Source of the DNA: Nitrosopumilus sp.
GTDB taxonomy: Archaea; Thermoproteota; Nitrososphaeria; Nitrososphaerales; Nitrosopumilaceae
Direction: 5' to 3'
Length of the DNA: 64,000 nucleotides
NCBI GenBank assembly: GCA_963667665.2
Contig: OY763927.2
Coordinates: 672,001 to 736,000 of the forward strand
The translations under genes were made by a program, and so were the position numbers. This document shows, in pieces, positions 21,529 to 30,980 of the stretch (positions are counted from its first letter, which is position 1; each line of letters begins with the position of its first letter). The notes below the pieces were generated by a model. That model did not search any database and was not told the DNA's origin. It saw nothing but the letters and a program-made list of their open reading frames with translations.

Positions 21529-21987
21529 ATGGGTAGATTCAAGTACGCATTTCAAAATTATGACGCAACAAGACATGTGCGTGCATCATTAAGAGAAAAA
21601 GACATTTCACACAAACATGCACGTGAAGTTGCAGTTTCCATCAAAGGATTATCAATTGAAAAAGCAAGAGATTTCTTACAAGCTGTAATTAACAAAGAAA
21701 GAGCAGTTGCATTTAGACGATTCAAAAATCAAGTTGGTCACAAATCAGACCCAGGAATGATGTCAGGACGTTATCCACAAAAAACAGCAAAAGAGTTTAT
21801 CAAAGTTTTAGATAATTTAGAATCAAATGCAGAATACAAAGGAATGGATTTAGATAGATTAAAAATTATTAACGCAACAGTTCACAAAGGAGTTATCATA
21901 AAAAGATTCACACCAAGAGCAATGGGAAGAGCAACTGCAAAAAATGATGTGTTAACTCATGTTGAATTGGTGGCTAAGGAGATTTAG
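21529..21987 (+). CDS. rpl22: 50S ribosomal protein L22 (uL22)
   Basis: GRYPQK, NAEYKG, PRAMGRA. Confidence 0.96.
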   Translation: MGRFKYAFQNYDATRHVRASLREKDISHKHAREVAVSIKGLSIEKARDFLQAVINKERAVAFRRFKNQVGHKSDPGMMSGRYPQKTAKEFIKVLDNLESNAEYKGMDLDRLKIINATVHKGVIIKRFTPRAMGRATAKNDVLTHVELVAKEI

Positions 21988-21989
21988 AA

Positions 21990-22970
21990 ATGTCAGCAGT
22001 CAAAAATGTAATCAGAGATAACTACAACATGATGCTTCTCAAAGATTATTTGAGAGATGCAATTAAAGATGCAGGATTTTCACATGCAGAAATATCAAAA
22101 ACTCCAACAGGAACTAGAGTTGCATTACATGTAACAAGACCGGGAATAGTTATCGGAAGAAAAGGTACTGGAATAAGAGCACTAACTGAAAAACTTGAAA
22201 CAGATTTTGGATTAAAAAGCCCACAAATTTCAGTAGTAGAAATTGAGAAACCAGAACTAGCTCCAAGTGTGATGTGTAACAGAATGGCGTCTCATCTTGA
22301 GAATGGAACTGCCTTTAGAAGAGCGACAATGTGGACATTAAAACAAATCATGGAAGGTGGAGCAATGGGAGTTCAAATAACAATCTCTGGAAAACTTAGA
22401 GGTGACCGTTCAGCATTTGAAAAACACACCGCAGGAATCTTACCTAGAGCAGGACACCACGCAGAAGTTATAGTTGATGAAGATATTGCACATGTAAAAA
22501 CTGCAATGGGGTTAATCGGAATTAGAATTAGAATTGCAAGAAAAGAAAAGCTTATCCCAGAATTTGAAATGATAGATAAAAAATCAAAGAAAGTAAAACA
22601 AGTTCAAGAAGAAAAAGCAGAGAAAGTAACTGAACAAACTAAGAAGGTAAGTAAAGAAACTGAGAAGGTAAGTAAAGAAACTGAGAAGGTAAGTAAAGAA
22701 ACTGAGAAGGTAAGTAAAGAAACTGAGAAGGTAAGTAAAGAAACTGAGAAGGTAAGTAAAGAAACTGAGAAGGTAAGTAAAGAAACTGAGAAGGTAAGTA
22801 AAGAAACTGAGAAGGTAAGTAAAGAAACTGAGAAGGTAAGTAAAGAAACTGAGAAGGTAAGTAAAGAAACTGATAACAAGATAAAATCAGAAACAGAACA
22901 AATTGTTATTGAAGAAGAAAAAATGAAAAGTATAGAAACACTAGAGAATGAGGAGGCCGATATGAAATGA
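21990..22970 (+). CDS. rps3: 30S ribosomal protein S3 (uS3) with a (KVSKETE)11 tail
   Basis: [12 protein letters not shown] motif, ISGKLRG; C-terminal tandem repeat. Confidence 0.96.
   Translation: MSAVKNVIRDNYNMMLLKDYLRDAIKDAGFSHAEISKTPTGTRVALHVTRPGIVIGRKGTGIRALTEKLETDFGLKSPQISVVEIEKPELAPSVMCNRMASHLENGTAFRRATMWTLKQIMEGGAMGVQITISGKLRGDRSAFEKHTAGILPRAGHHAEVIVDEDIAHVKTAMGLIGIRIRIARKEKLIPEFEMIDKKSKKVKQVQEEKAEKVTEQTKKVSKETEKVSKETEKVSKETEKVSKETEKVSKETEKVSKETEKVSKETEKVSKETEKVSKETEKVSKETEKVSKETDNKIKSETEQIVIEEEKMKSIETLENEEADMK
22642..22872 (+). repeat. Perfect 21-bp tandem repeat, 11 copies
   Basis: Unit agaaggtaagtaaagaaactg, 231 bp, in frame within rps3. Confidence 0.95.
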
Positions 22971-23173
22971 CAAGAATTAGTATGAAGACCATTAAACAAC
23001 TAAATGATAAAGATCTCAAAAGTAGAATTCAAGAGACAAGAAGTGAGCTTAAAAAACTCAGAGTTGATGGAGCCAAAGGTACATTGAGAAAACAAAGCGG
23101 TAAACTAAAACCATTACGTCATGACATTGCAAGAATGTTAACTAGAATAAATGAGATGAAAAAAGAGAAATGA
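22967..23173 (+). CDS. rpl29: 50S ribosomal protein L29 (uL29)
   Basis: [10 protein letters not shown]; operon order. Confidence 0.93.
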   Translation: MTRISMKTIKQLNDKDLKSRIQETRSELKKLRVDGAKGTLRKQSGKLKPLRHDIARMLTRINEMKKEK

Positions 23174-23436
23174 TTACAATAGATAACATTACATCACACG
23201 AATTCATCGGATTACACACTGAGATTATTCAATCAACTAATCCACAAATCATAGGATTAAATGGGAGGATTGTTGATGAAACAAAATCAATGTTTAGAAT
23301 AAATACAAAGAATGGAGCAAAGTCCATTGCCAAATCAGAAAATAGTTGGAAATTTACAATTGAAGATAAAGATGTAGTGATTGATGGCTCTAAAATTGCA
23401 AAAAGACCATTTGACAGAATAGGAGGAAAAACATGA
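23170..23436 (+). CDS. rnp1: Ribonuclease P protein component 1 (Rpp29/Pop4)
   Basis: HEFIGL, GRIVDETK; position between rpl29 and rps17. Confidence 0.9.
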   Translation: MITIDNITSHEFIGLHTEIIQSTNPQIIGLNGRIVDETKSMFRINTKNGAKSIAKSENSWKFTIEDKDVVIDGSKIAKRPFDRIGGKT

Positions 23437-23756
23437 CTCTAAACATCGGATTAAAAGTAAAAGAACCAAAAAGAGAATGTACAGACAAGAATTGCCCATT
23501 TCATGGTAACTTATCAATCAGAGGAAAACTCTTTGATGGAAAGGTAACAGGTAGTAAAGCAAAGCAGACAATTACACTACAAAAAGATGCACCAGTTTAT
23601 TTTAGTAAATTTAAGAGATATGCAAGAGGTAAAAGCACAATTCACGCACATGTTCCAAGATGTATTGATGTCGAATCAGGAGATATTGTATTGACTGCAG
23701 AATGTAGACCAATATCAAAATCTGTATCATATGTAGTAGTAGAGGTTAGATCATAA
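23433..23756 (+). CDS. rps17: 30S ribosomal protein S17 (uS17)
   Basis: CTDKNCPFHG, ECRPISK. Confidence 0.96.
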   Translation: MTLNIGLKVKEPKRECTDKNCPFHGNLSIRGKLFDGKVTGSKAKQTITLQKDAPVYFSKFKRYARGKSTIHAHVPRCIDVESGDIVLTAECRPISKSVSYVVVEVRS

Positions 23757-24178
23757 TGGCAAAACAAGCAGGTAAAGGAGTAGAAGAATTCCGTCCATAT
23801 GTTACAAGAGTACTTCCAGTGGGAGCACAAATTGTGTGTGCCGATAATTCTGGAGCTAAAATTTTAGAAATAATTAATGTTCCAAGACATAAAACAAGAG
23901 CATCTAGACTTCCTTCAGCAGCAGTAGGAGACTTTTGTAATGTTGTAGTAAAGAAAGGACCAGCAGTATTAAGAAAACAAGTACATGGTGCAGTTATTGT
24001 CAGACAAAAATATGCAGTTCGTAGATTAAATGGTGTCAGAGTTTGTTTTGAAGATAACGCAGCAGTTCTAATTACTCCAGAAGGAGAAACCAGAGGAACA
24101 GACATCAAAGGACCAGTTGCAGTAGAAGCTTCAGAAAAATGGCCAAGAGTAGCTAACTTGGCATCAATGGTGGTATAA
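23756..24178 (+). CDS. rpl14: 50S ribosomal protein L14 (uL14)
   Basis: CADNSGAK, FEDNAAV. Confidence 0.97.
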   Translation: MAKQAGKGVEEFRPYVTRVLPVGAQIVCADNSGAKILEIINVPRHKTRASRLPSAAVGDFCNVVVKKGPAVLRKQVHGAVIVRQKYAVRRLNGVRVCFEDNAAVLITPEGETRGTDIKGPVAVEASEKWPRVANLASMVV

Positions 24179-24182
24179 AAAA

Positions 24183-24950
24183 ATGAAACCAAGTAAAATG
24201 CGCAATAAGATGATTTATCTTGCAACATTCCAGACAAGAAGTAAACAACTTGGAAGTGCATTATCAAAAGATCTCCAAAAAAAATATGGAAAACGAAGTG
24301 TTCGTGTTAATGAAGGTGACAGTATAAAAATTGTTAGAGGGGAATTCAAAGGAGTAGATGGAAAAATTGCAAAAGTATCTCCACAAAAAAATAGTGTAAC
24401 AATTGAAGGAATAAAAAAAGAGAAAACAAAAGGGGACAAATTTGATGTTTATATTCACACATCAAATCTTCTAGTGACTTCACTCAATTCTGAAAATAGA
24501 TGGAGAATAGCAAAACTTGAAGGAAAAGATCCTAAAAAGCAGCCTAAAAAGACACTTGTAAAAGAAGAACCAGTCAAAGTAACAAAAGAAAATGCTAAAG
24601 AAACAAAAGAAGAACCAGTCAAAGTAACAAAAGAAAATGCTAAAGAAACAAAAGAAGAACCAGTCAAAGTAACAAAAGAAAATGCTAAAGAAACAAAAGA
24701 AGAACCAGTCAAAGTAACAAAAGAAAATGCTAAAGAAACAAAAGAAGAACCAGTCAAAGTAACAAAAGAAAATGCTAAAGAAACAAAAGAAGAACCAGTC
24801 AAAGTAACAAAAGAAAATGCTAAAGAAACAAAAGAAGAACCAGTCAAAGTAACAAAAGAAAATGCTAAAGAAACAAAAGAAGAACCAGTCAAAGTAACAA
24901 AAGAAAATGCTAAAGAAACAAAAGAAGAACAAAAGAAACAAAAGAAGTAA
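24183..24950 (+). CDS. rpl24: 50S ribosomal protein L24 (uL24) with a long repeat tail; ancestral frame probably ran to 25192
   Basis: GDSIKIVRGEFKG KOW motif, IHTSNL; 1-bp deletion near 24927. Confidence 0.92.
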   Translation: MKPSKMRNKMIYLATFQTRSKQLGSALSKDLQKKYGKRSVRVNEGDSIKIVRGEFKGVDGKIAKVSPQKNSVTIEGIKKEKTKGDKFDVYIHTSNLLVTSLNSENRWRIAKLEGKDPKKQPKKTLVKEEPVKVTKENAKETKEEPVKVTKENAKETKEEPVKVTKENAKETKEEPVKVTKENAKETKEEPVKVTKENAKETKEEPVKVTKENAKETKEEPVKVTKENAKETKEEPVKVTKENAKETKEEQKKQKK

Positions 24951-25155
24951 CAAAAGAAAATGCTAAAGAAACAAAAGAAGAACCAGTCAAAGTAACAAAA
25001 GAAAATGCTAAAGAAACAAAAGAAGAACCAGTCAAAGTAACAAAAGAAAATGCTAAAGAAACAAAAGAAGAACCAGTCAAAGTAACAAAAGAAAATGCTA
25101 AAGAAACAAAAGAAGTAACAAAAGAAACAAAAGAAGTAACAAAAGAAACAAAAGA
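24561..25155 (+). repeat. 45-bp tandem repeat (8 copies, an interrupted unit, 3 copies) plus 21-bp sub-repeats
   Basis: Unit aaagaagaaccagtcaaagtaacaaaagaaaatgctaaagaaaca (KEEPVKVTKENAKET) at 24561-24920 and 24974-25108. Confidence 0.93.
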
Positions 25156-25191
25156 GGTAGTAAAAACTCAAAAAAAGGAAGATGAAAATTA

Positions 25192-25908
25192 ATGGTAAGT
25201 ATTGCAGGAAGTAAAAAACTCAAACGTCAAATGGCTCCACAGTTTTGGGGAATTACCAGAAAGAGTAAAAGATTTGTGATTACAGTTAGACCAGGCCCAC
25301 ACAAAAAGAATTATTCAATACCTACTGCAGTATTTCTAAGAGACACACTAAAAATTGTCTCCAGTCTTAGAGAAGCAAAAACTGCAATATATTCAGGTAA
25401 AATAAAAATTGATGGAGTTGTAAGAAAATCACTTCACCACGCAATTGGATTAATGGATGTGGTAGAATTAAAAAATGTTCCAGACATTTATCGTCTAGTT
25501 CCGTCAAAAGAAAAATTACTAAAACCAATTAAGATTAACGAATCAGAAAAATCAAAAAAAATAGTTAGAGTATCTAGTAAAACTACAATTAACAAAGGAA
25601 AATTACAAATAGGATTTCATGATGGACGTTCAACTATTTCAGATACTAAAGTAAATGTAGGAGATACTTGTTTGATACAAATACCAGAGCAAAAAATTCT
25701 TGAAGTAATTAAATTAGAAGCAGGTTGTCAATGTTTGGTAATTCGTGGAACAAACGTAGGCCAGATTGGAAAAATTGAATCTATAGAAGAAGGAACATTC
25801 ATTCTTCCAAAAAGAGCAATACTGGTTTTAGGTGATAGAAAAATTGAAGTTCCAACAGATATCATAATAGCAATAGGAAAAGAGGAGCCCGTTATTCAAA
25901 TAAAGTGA
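25192..25908 (+). CDS. rps4e: 30S ribosomal protein S4e (eS4)
   Basis: KLKRQMAPQFW, PGPH, IGLMDVV. Confidence 0.96.
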   Translation: MVSIAGSKKLKRQMAPQFWGITRKSKRFVITVRPGPHKKNYSIPTAVFLRDTLKIVSSLREAKTAIYSGKIKIDGVVRKSLHHAIGLMDVVELKNVPDIYRLVPSKEKLLKPIKINESEKSKKIVRVSSKTTINKGKLQIGFHDGRSTISDTKVNVGDTCLIQIPEQKILEVIKLEAGCQCLVIRGTNVGQIGKIESIEEGTFILPKRAILVLGDRKIEVPTDIIIAIGKEEPVIQIK

Positions 25909-25912
25909 TCAT

Positions 25913-26434
25913 ATGTCTCAAACAACAGAATCCCCAATGAAAAAAATCATTTTAGATAAAGTAGTTCTAAACATGGGATTAGGTAAATCAGGAGATGTAA
26001 TTGAAATTGCTAAGAAAGCGCTAAATCAAATTTCAGGAAAAAAACCATGTGAACGTGCAGCAAAAGAAACACAAAGAGATTGGGGAATTAGAAAAGGAGA
26101 ACCTATAGGAGTTTCAGTAACAGTTCGTGGCGAAGATGCTAAAGCATTACTAAAAAGATTGTTAGAAGCTAAAGGTGATGTTGTTAAGGGTAAATCATTT
26201 GATAACTTTGGAAATTATTCATTTGGAATTAATGAACATATAGATATTCCAGGAGTAAAATATGAACCACAAATTGGAATTTTGGGTCTTGGAATTTCAA
26301 TTACATTATCTAGACCCGGTTACAGTATAAGAAAAAGAAGTAAACATAAAGCAAGTGTTGGGAAAGCTCACGTTATAACAAATCAAGAAGCAAAGGATTA
26401 TCTAGTAAAAGAATATGGAGTCACGGTAGAATAA
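25913..26434 (+). CDS. rpl5: 50S ribosomal protein L5 (uL5)
   Basis: WGIRKGEPIG, SFGINEHIDIPG. Confidence 0.96.
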   Translation: MSQTTESPMKKIILDKVVLNMGLGKSGDVIEIAKKALNQISGKKPCERAAKETQRDWGIRKGEPIGVSVTVRGEDAKALLKRLLEAKGDVVKGKSFDNFGNYSFGINEHIDIPGVKYEPQIGILGLGISITLSRPGYSIRKRSKHKASVGKAHVITNQEAKDYLVKEYGVTVE

Positions 26435-26613
26435 TGCCAAAAGATAGATCATACGAATTTACTGGGAGAAAGAAACATGACTTTGGTAGAGGTTCAAGAT
26501 GGTGTAAAAGATGTGGAGATTACACAGCAGTTATACAGAAATATGATTTAATGTTATGCAGACGATGTTTCAGAGAAGTAGCAGTATCTTTAGGCTTTAG
26601 GAAAAATATGTGA
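26434..26613 (+). CDS. rps14: 30S ribosomal protein S14 (uS14, Zn-binding)
   Basis: 59-aa ORF below the track cutoff: FGRGSRWCKRCG...LCRRCFRE. Confidence 0.95.
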   Translation: MPKDRSYEFTGRKKHDFGRGSRWCKRCGDYTAVIQKYDLMLCRRCFREVAVSLGFRKNM

Positions 26614-26619
26614 GAGATT

Positions 26620-27012
26620 ATGCCAGCAACTAACGTTTTAGCAAATCTATTTGTCACAATATACAATAACGAAGCAAGAAGAAATATCAAATGTGTTATT
26701 CTTCCAACATCAAAACTGGCAACTGAAGTTCTAAAAACTCTTCAAAAAGAAGGGTATGTTGGAGAGTTTGAACATATTGAGGATAATAGAGGAGGAAAAT
26801 TCAAAATCAAACTATTAGCAAAAATAACAAAATGTGGAGCAATTTCCCCAAGATTCAAAGTAAAAAATAATGAATTCAACAGTTGGGAACAACAATATTT
26901 GCCTGCATACAATAGAGGAATGCTTCTAGTTACTACTAATCAAGGAGTTATGTCTCATCATGAAGCAGTACAGAAAGGAATTGGAGGATTTTTGATAGGT
27001 TATGTCTACTAA
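26620..27012 (+). CDS. rps8: 30S ribosomal protein S8 (uS8)
   Basis: CGAISPRF, TTNQGVMSH, GGFLIGYVY. Confidence 0.96.
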   Translation: MPATNVLANLFVTIYNNEARRNIKCVILPTSKLATEVLKTLQKEGYVGEFEHIEDNRGGKFKIKLLAKITKCGAISPRFKVKNNEFNSWEQQYLPAYNRGMLLVTTNQGVMSHHEAVQKGIGGFLIGYVY

Positions 27013-27559
27013 TCAAGTTGAAAAGTTTCAAGAGGAGGTAATAATTCCAGAAGGAGTTAAAGTTACACAAAAGAAAAACATGTTAGAATTTGTGGGACCG
27101 TTAGGTAAAACTTTCAAGAGTTTTCGTAGTATTCCAGTAAAGATAGAAATTGTTGAGGGTAAAATTCTCCTAAAGGCGATGGGTTTTAGAAAAAAAGATT
27201 ATTCTATTTTACATACTGCAAGATCAATTATTAGAAATATTTGTGAAGGTCTAGTAACAGGTTATACAATTAAGATGAAAGTTGTCTTTGCACACTTTCC
27301 AATTACAGTAAAAGTAGATGGAAAGAAAATTTTAGTTGAAAACTTCCAAGGAGAACGTGCACCAAGAATTACAAAAATTGTTGGAAACACTAAAGTGATT
27401 CCAAAAGGTGAAGATGTTGTTCTTACGGGAGAAGTTTGGACAGATATAACTCAAACCGCAGCAAACATTGAGTTAAAAACTAGAGTAAAAAATAAAGACC
27501 ACAGAGTTTTCTTAGATGGTATATACATCTATGATACAAAAAAAGGCTTAGAAAAATAA
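27002..27559 (+). CDS. rpl6: 50S ribosomal protein L6 (uL6)
   Basis: AHFPI, NFQGER, KDHRVFLDGIYI. Confidence 0.96.
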   Translation: MSTNQVEKFQEEVIIPEGVKVTQKKNMLEFVGPLGKTFKSFRSIPVKIEIVEGKILLKAMGFRKKDYSILHTARSIIRNICEGLVTGYTIKMKVVFAHFPITVKVDGKKILVENFQGERAPRITKIVGNTKVIPKGEDVVLTGEVWTDITQTAANIELKTRVKNKDHRVFLDGIYIYDTKKGLEK

Positions 27560-27575
27560 ATTTCTAGTTTTCCTT

Positions 27576-27863
27576 ATGACTCTTGATCCAGAATTTACAA
27601 AACAAACTACAGATTTAATTGAACAGACATTAGAACTATACAAAACATCAGGAGCTTCACCTAGAGTTGGACAAATATGGGATTGTACTAGTATTGGAGA
27701 TTTTTTGTGTGGGTTTTTTGTTGGAGAGATGGTAGGTTCTACACTTAGTGCATTTCAAATTGTTCATCACAGAGAACCCACAGCTGATGAACATTTAGAA
27801 ATTATTAATTTAGTAGAAAATTATTCAAAAGAAATTAAAGAATTTTTTTCTAAATTCAACTGA
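27576..27863 (+). CDS. Conserved hypothetical protein
   Basis: 95-aa ATG ORF directly after rpl6. Confidence 0.7.
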   Translation: MTLDPEFTKQTTDLIEQTLELYKTSGASPRVGQIWDCTSIGDFLCGFFVGEMVGSTLSAFQIVHHREPTADEHLEIINLVENYSKEIKEFFSKFN

Positions 27864-27936
27864 CAAATAATTAGACTTTTGTCTATTGTGCATAGTCGTA
27901 AGAATTAAATCACTTTTACCAAGGTACAAACGTGTT

Positions 27937-28010
27937 GCCGCCCTAGCTCAGCGTGGTAGAGCGTCCGACTGTTAATCGGATGGTCGTCAGTTCAAGTCTG
28001 ATGGGCGGCG
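27937..28010 (+). tRNA. tRNA-Asn (GTT)
   Basis: Acceptor stem gccgccc/gggcggc, D-loop agctcagcgtggtagagc, anticodon arm tccga-ctGTTaa-tcgga, T-loop gttcaag, T-run downstream. Confidence 0.96.
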
Positions 28011-28087
28011 CTTTTTGTTTCTAAACTCAAATATTGAAATATTCTTTTTGAACACTTTAGATAGATTCACATATAGAATAAATTATC

Positions 28088-28109
28088 TTTCTAAATTTGA
28101 ATTTAGAAA
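28088..28109. repeat. Palindromic element tttctaaatt-tg-aatttagaaa
   Basis: Perfect 10-bp arms; related copies at 28728-28749 and 31907-31936. Confidence 0.75.
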
Positions 28110-28200
28110 TATTGATCGGTTGATAGTAATTGGTTTACTCTATTAGACAATATAGATCTAATAGATGATCGCATATCTAGAATAATGCAGGAGGTTTACA

Positions 28201-28470
28201 TTGGTCAGAACTAGAAGGGCCAATAGATATTGTGTTGATTGTGGTGCAAGACTAGTGTATTATCCCAGATTATCAAACCCAAAGGCACCAAACGAGCACA
28301 GAATACTAGTTTATGCGTGTCCTGACTGTACAGAGGACTTTGAAAAGCCAAAGATGTTCTCAATTCGGCGCAACCAAGTAGAAGCGCCGCTAGAGACAGT
28401 AGAAATTGAGATCACACAGACGCAGAAAAAAACGCGAGAACAGAATATGAGAGGACCTGAAACTAGATGA
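28201..28470 (+). CDS. Zn-ribbon hypothetical protein
   Basis: CVDC...CPDC. Confidence 0.65.
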   Translation: MVRTRRANRYCVDCGARLVYYPRLSNPKAPNEHRILVYACPDCTEDFEKPKMFSIRRNQVEAPLETVEIEITQTQKKTREQNMRGPETR

Positions 28471-28691
28471 GTGACGCCAAACAAAGAGGTAACGCGTGGT
28501 TTTTGCTACCAATCATACTGGGAATTGTGGGCGGAGTCATTGCATTTTTTGTCTTACGACAAGATGATCCTGCAAAGGCAAAAAATTGCCTGTACCTAGG
28601 AATCGCGTTGATGTTAGTGGGTACAGTCTTAAACATCATCCTTGTTGCATATTTTCCAGAGTTGGGTACAGGCTTTGATGTGAACATCTAA
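28467..28691 (+). CDS. Small two-TM membrane protein
   Basis: WFLLPIILGIVGGVIAFF..DDPAKAKNCLYLG; ATGA overlap with the upstream gene. Confidence 0.7.
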   Translation: MSDAKQRGNAWFLLPIILGIVGGVIAFFVLRQDDPAKAKNCLYLGIALMLVGTVLNIILVAYFPELGTGFDVNI

Positions 28692-28727
28692 AAGTATCAA
28701 ATGTCCTACAGGTGCAGATTTTTAATA

Positions 28728-28749
28728 TCTCTAAATTCGAATTTAGAAA
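28728..28749. repeat. Palindromic element tctctaaatt-cg-aatttagaaa
   Basis: Near-identical to the 28088 element. Confidence 0.75.
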
Positions 28750-28817
28750 TATAGTAAATCCAGACTAGTGATCATTCAAATTTAGAATCATATTGAAGAT
28801 GTGTGTGATGTTTTATC

Positions 28818-29267
28818 ATGAGCGCGTCTAGAATGCGAGACAATATTGAAAGATGGTTGATTCACGAGGGATTGTCTTTTGAGGATGTAAAAAACCCAGA
28901 AAATTCTTTTCAAATTCTAGTAAAACATGCAGGTCAATATGGAATTCCTGTAGAAATATTTGAGCCAAAAGCACAATCAGGGGTTATAGTATTAGGAGCT
29001 AAAGCAATTATGAAAAATAATCAAATTGCAAGATATCTTGGATTCAATGAGGAAGAAAAAGAGAGATTTGCAGAAAAAGTGTCAAATTTTTGCAATTCAA
29101 TTCATGCAATAAATAAAATCATCACAGAAGATGGAAAACAAAAGATTGGAGTTTATTTTGTATTAGATGACAAGGAAGACATCAATCAACACACAATTTT
29201 TGATGCTATGGACAGAGTATCAGAAATGCATGAAAAAACATCAAGATTTTTGATGAAGACATTCTAA
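28818..29267 (+). CDS. DUF2299-like conserved archaeal protein
   Basis: IERWLIHEGLSF N-terminus and length resemble this family. Confidence 0.6.
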   Translation: MSASRMRDNIERWLIHEGLSFEDVKNPENSFQILVKHAGQYGIPVEIFEPKAQSGVIVLGAKAIMKNNQIARYLGFNEEEKERFAEKVSNFCNSIHAINKIITEDGKQKIGVYFVLDDKEDINQHTIFDAMDRVSEMHEKTSRFLMKTF

Positions 29268-29985
29268 AAAATAGACGATTTATCAATTCTTCGTGGACGT
29301 TATATCCAAAACTTTGCATTCTAAATTATGAAAACAAAAACCTCAAAACCAAAAGAACCAACTATTTCTTCTGCAGAGTTGTCGAGATTTGGTATGGAGT
29401 AATGAATAAAGATCTCAAAGTAGCAAGTACTGCCAAAAAAGGCAGGATAACCATCAAGTTAGAAAGAGAATAACAATAATCTGATGTTTTGTCGAGGATT
29501 TACCCCCCACACACACCCTTATTTTACATGAAATGTGTGTCCAAATGCACATGCAGAGTGTAAAATTAGAATTTGCCTAAAAATAGACGTGAAAAATTTC
29601 TTTTTACAGATTAACGAAACCTCTGTGAATGAATCATTCAAATCAATGAATGGTTTTTTTGAACAGTTTCAAACAGGTTCATCGAATTCGTTTTCATAAA
29701 TTATGGATTGGATTACTCTAATGTTGGAAAATTTTTTAAAATGACAAGTTTTCTAAAAACATGCCCAAGTGTTAAACCCCCCTAAAAATTTTGTTCATTT
29801 AGGAACAATACCATTTTTTGAAAATAGTAAATTTTGATGGGGGGATGAACACTTGTGCCTAGATACAACATGCAACCCTAATTCCACCCTGGTATCCCAG
29901 CTAAACATACTCAAACTATTCTTGTCGTGCGTAAAAGCTAAACCCCTTAAATTTTGATAAAAAATAAAGAAAAAAAAGAAAAAAA

Positions 29986-30633
29986 TCAGTGTTTTGATTC
30001 TTTGACTTTTAGATCAGTTGTGGCGACAACATCATTGATACAAACTGCATCAATTTCACCTAAGCCATTGAAAACAGGAGCAATAGTAAATGATACTACA
30101 TTACCAATATTTCCATCAGCTAGGAAACTAATGTTATCACCAGAGAGACTGTGAGTTCCAGCAAAATAATATGGTACATCTTCCATTATTGCTTTTTTAT
30201 TCTTAATCTCTACATCCCCAGAGGCTTGCCATGTGATATCACGAACTTCGAGTCCAGGACACAAACCAGTTCCAATTAGAGGATCTAGATCTTGGGAATC
30301 TTGAAGTGCAACATAGTGATTATGGAATGAAGCATCGTTTGCATCTACTTGAGCTTCGCTATCCCATACACCACCATGAGTGGTAGTAACAGCTATAGCC
30401 TCAAGACCAGCACCGGAAATAATTCCATATCCATATGCACCAGTAGTTTCAATTTTGGCTTTAGTTTCGATTTTAGCCTGTTCAAACTCTGTGCTATCAG
30501 TAGTGATTTTTGCCTTTTTCACATCTAGAAAACTTCCCATAGCATCAACAGCAATTGGAGATGCAATCATTGCAATTCCAAAAACAGTAGCCAATGAAAT
30601 GGTCAGAATTTTCTTTGTGTTTGTTTTAGTCAT
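29986..30633 (-). CDS. Secreted hypothetical protein
   Basis: Signal peptide; AYGYG, TTHGGVWDSE, FHNHYV. Confidence 0.7.
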   Translation of the reverse strand: MTKTNTKKILTISLATVFGIAMIASPIAVDAMGSFLDVKKAKITTDSTEFEQAKIETKAKIETTGAYGYGIISGAGLEAIAVTTTHGGVWDSEAQVDANDASFHNHYVALQDSQDLDPLIGTGLCPGLEVRDITWQASGDVEIKNKKAIMEDVPYYFAGTHSLSGDNISFLADGNIGNVVSFTIAPVFNGLGEIDAVCINDVVATTDLKVKESKH

Positions 30634-30980
30634 TGGTACAAGTCCTAAAGTATGGTAATTTAAGTAAATCGTAAACTCATACTATCTCTGTATCATAATC
30701 AAATAACACTACAAAACAATACTTTGCAAGAAAAAAGATCAAACCTTCAAGACGGAGAACATGACTAAAACAATCCCAAGGCTCGATCAATTAACCAATA
30801 ATTACAAAATAATTTAGTAAGATGTCTGATCAAAGCGATCAAACACTAGATCGCAATTTATTTCCTAAATACATGACACCATAGCGATCATGTGACATAT
30901 CACATGTGTGATTTTTCTGCAAATTCAGTAGTTTCTAAAAATTCCGTTTCAACTATATACCAAAATAATTCAGTGTTTTC

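Noticed and set aside
24455-25171. Long Phe/Cys/Ser-rich minus-strand ORFs (also 22604-22999 and 45369-45980)
   Set aside because: Antisense shadows of tandem repeats that lack stop codons on that strand.
27937-28010. tRNA-Asn as the attachment site of an integrated provirus
   Set aside because: No duplicated tRNA 3' fragment, integrase or virion gene could be found in the window.
29766-29855. G-tract inverted repeats as origin recognition boxes
   Set aside because: No TCCA..GAAA ORB core and no orc1/cdc6 gene nearby.
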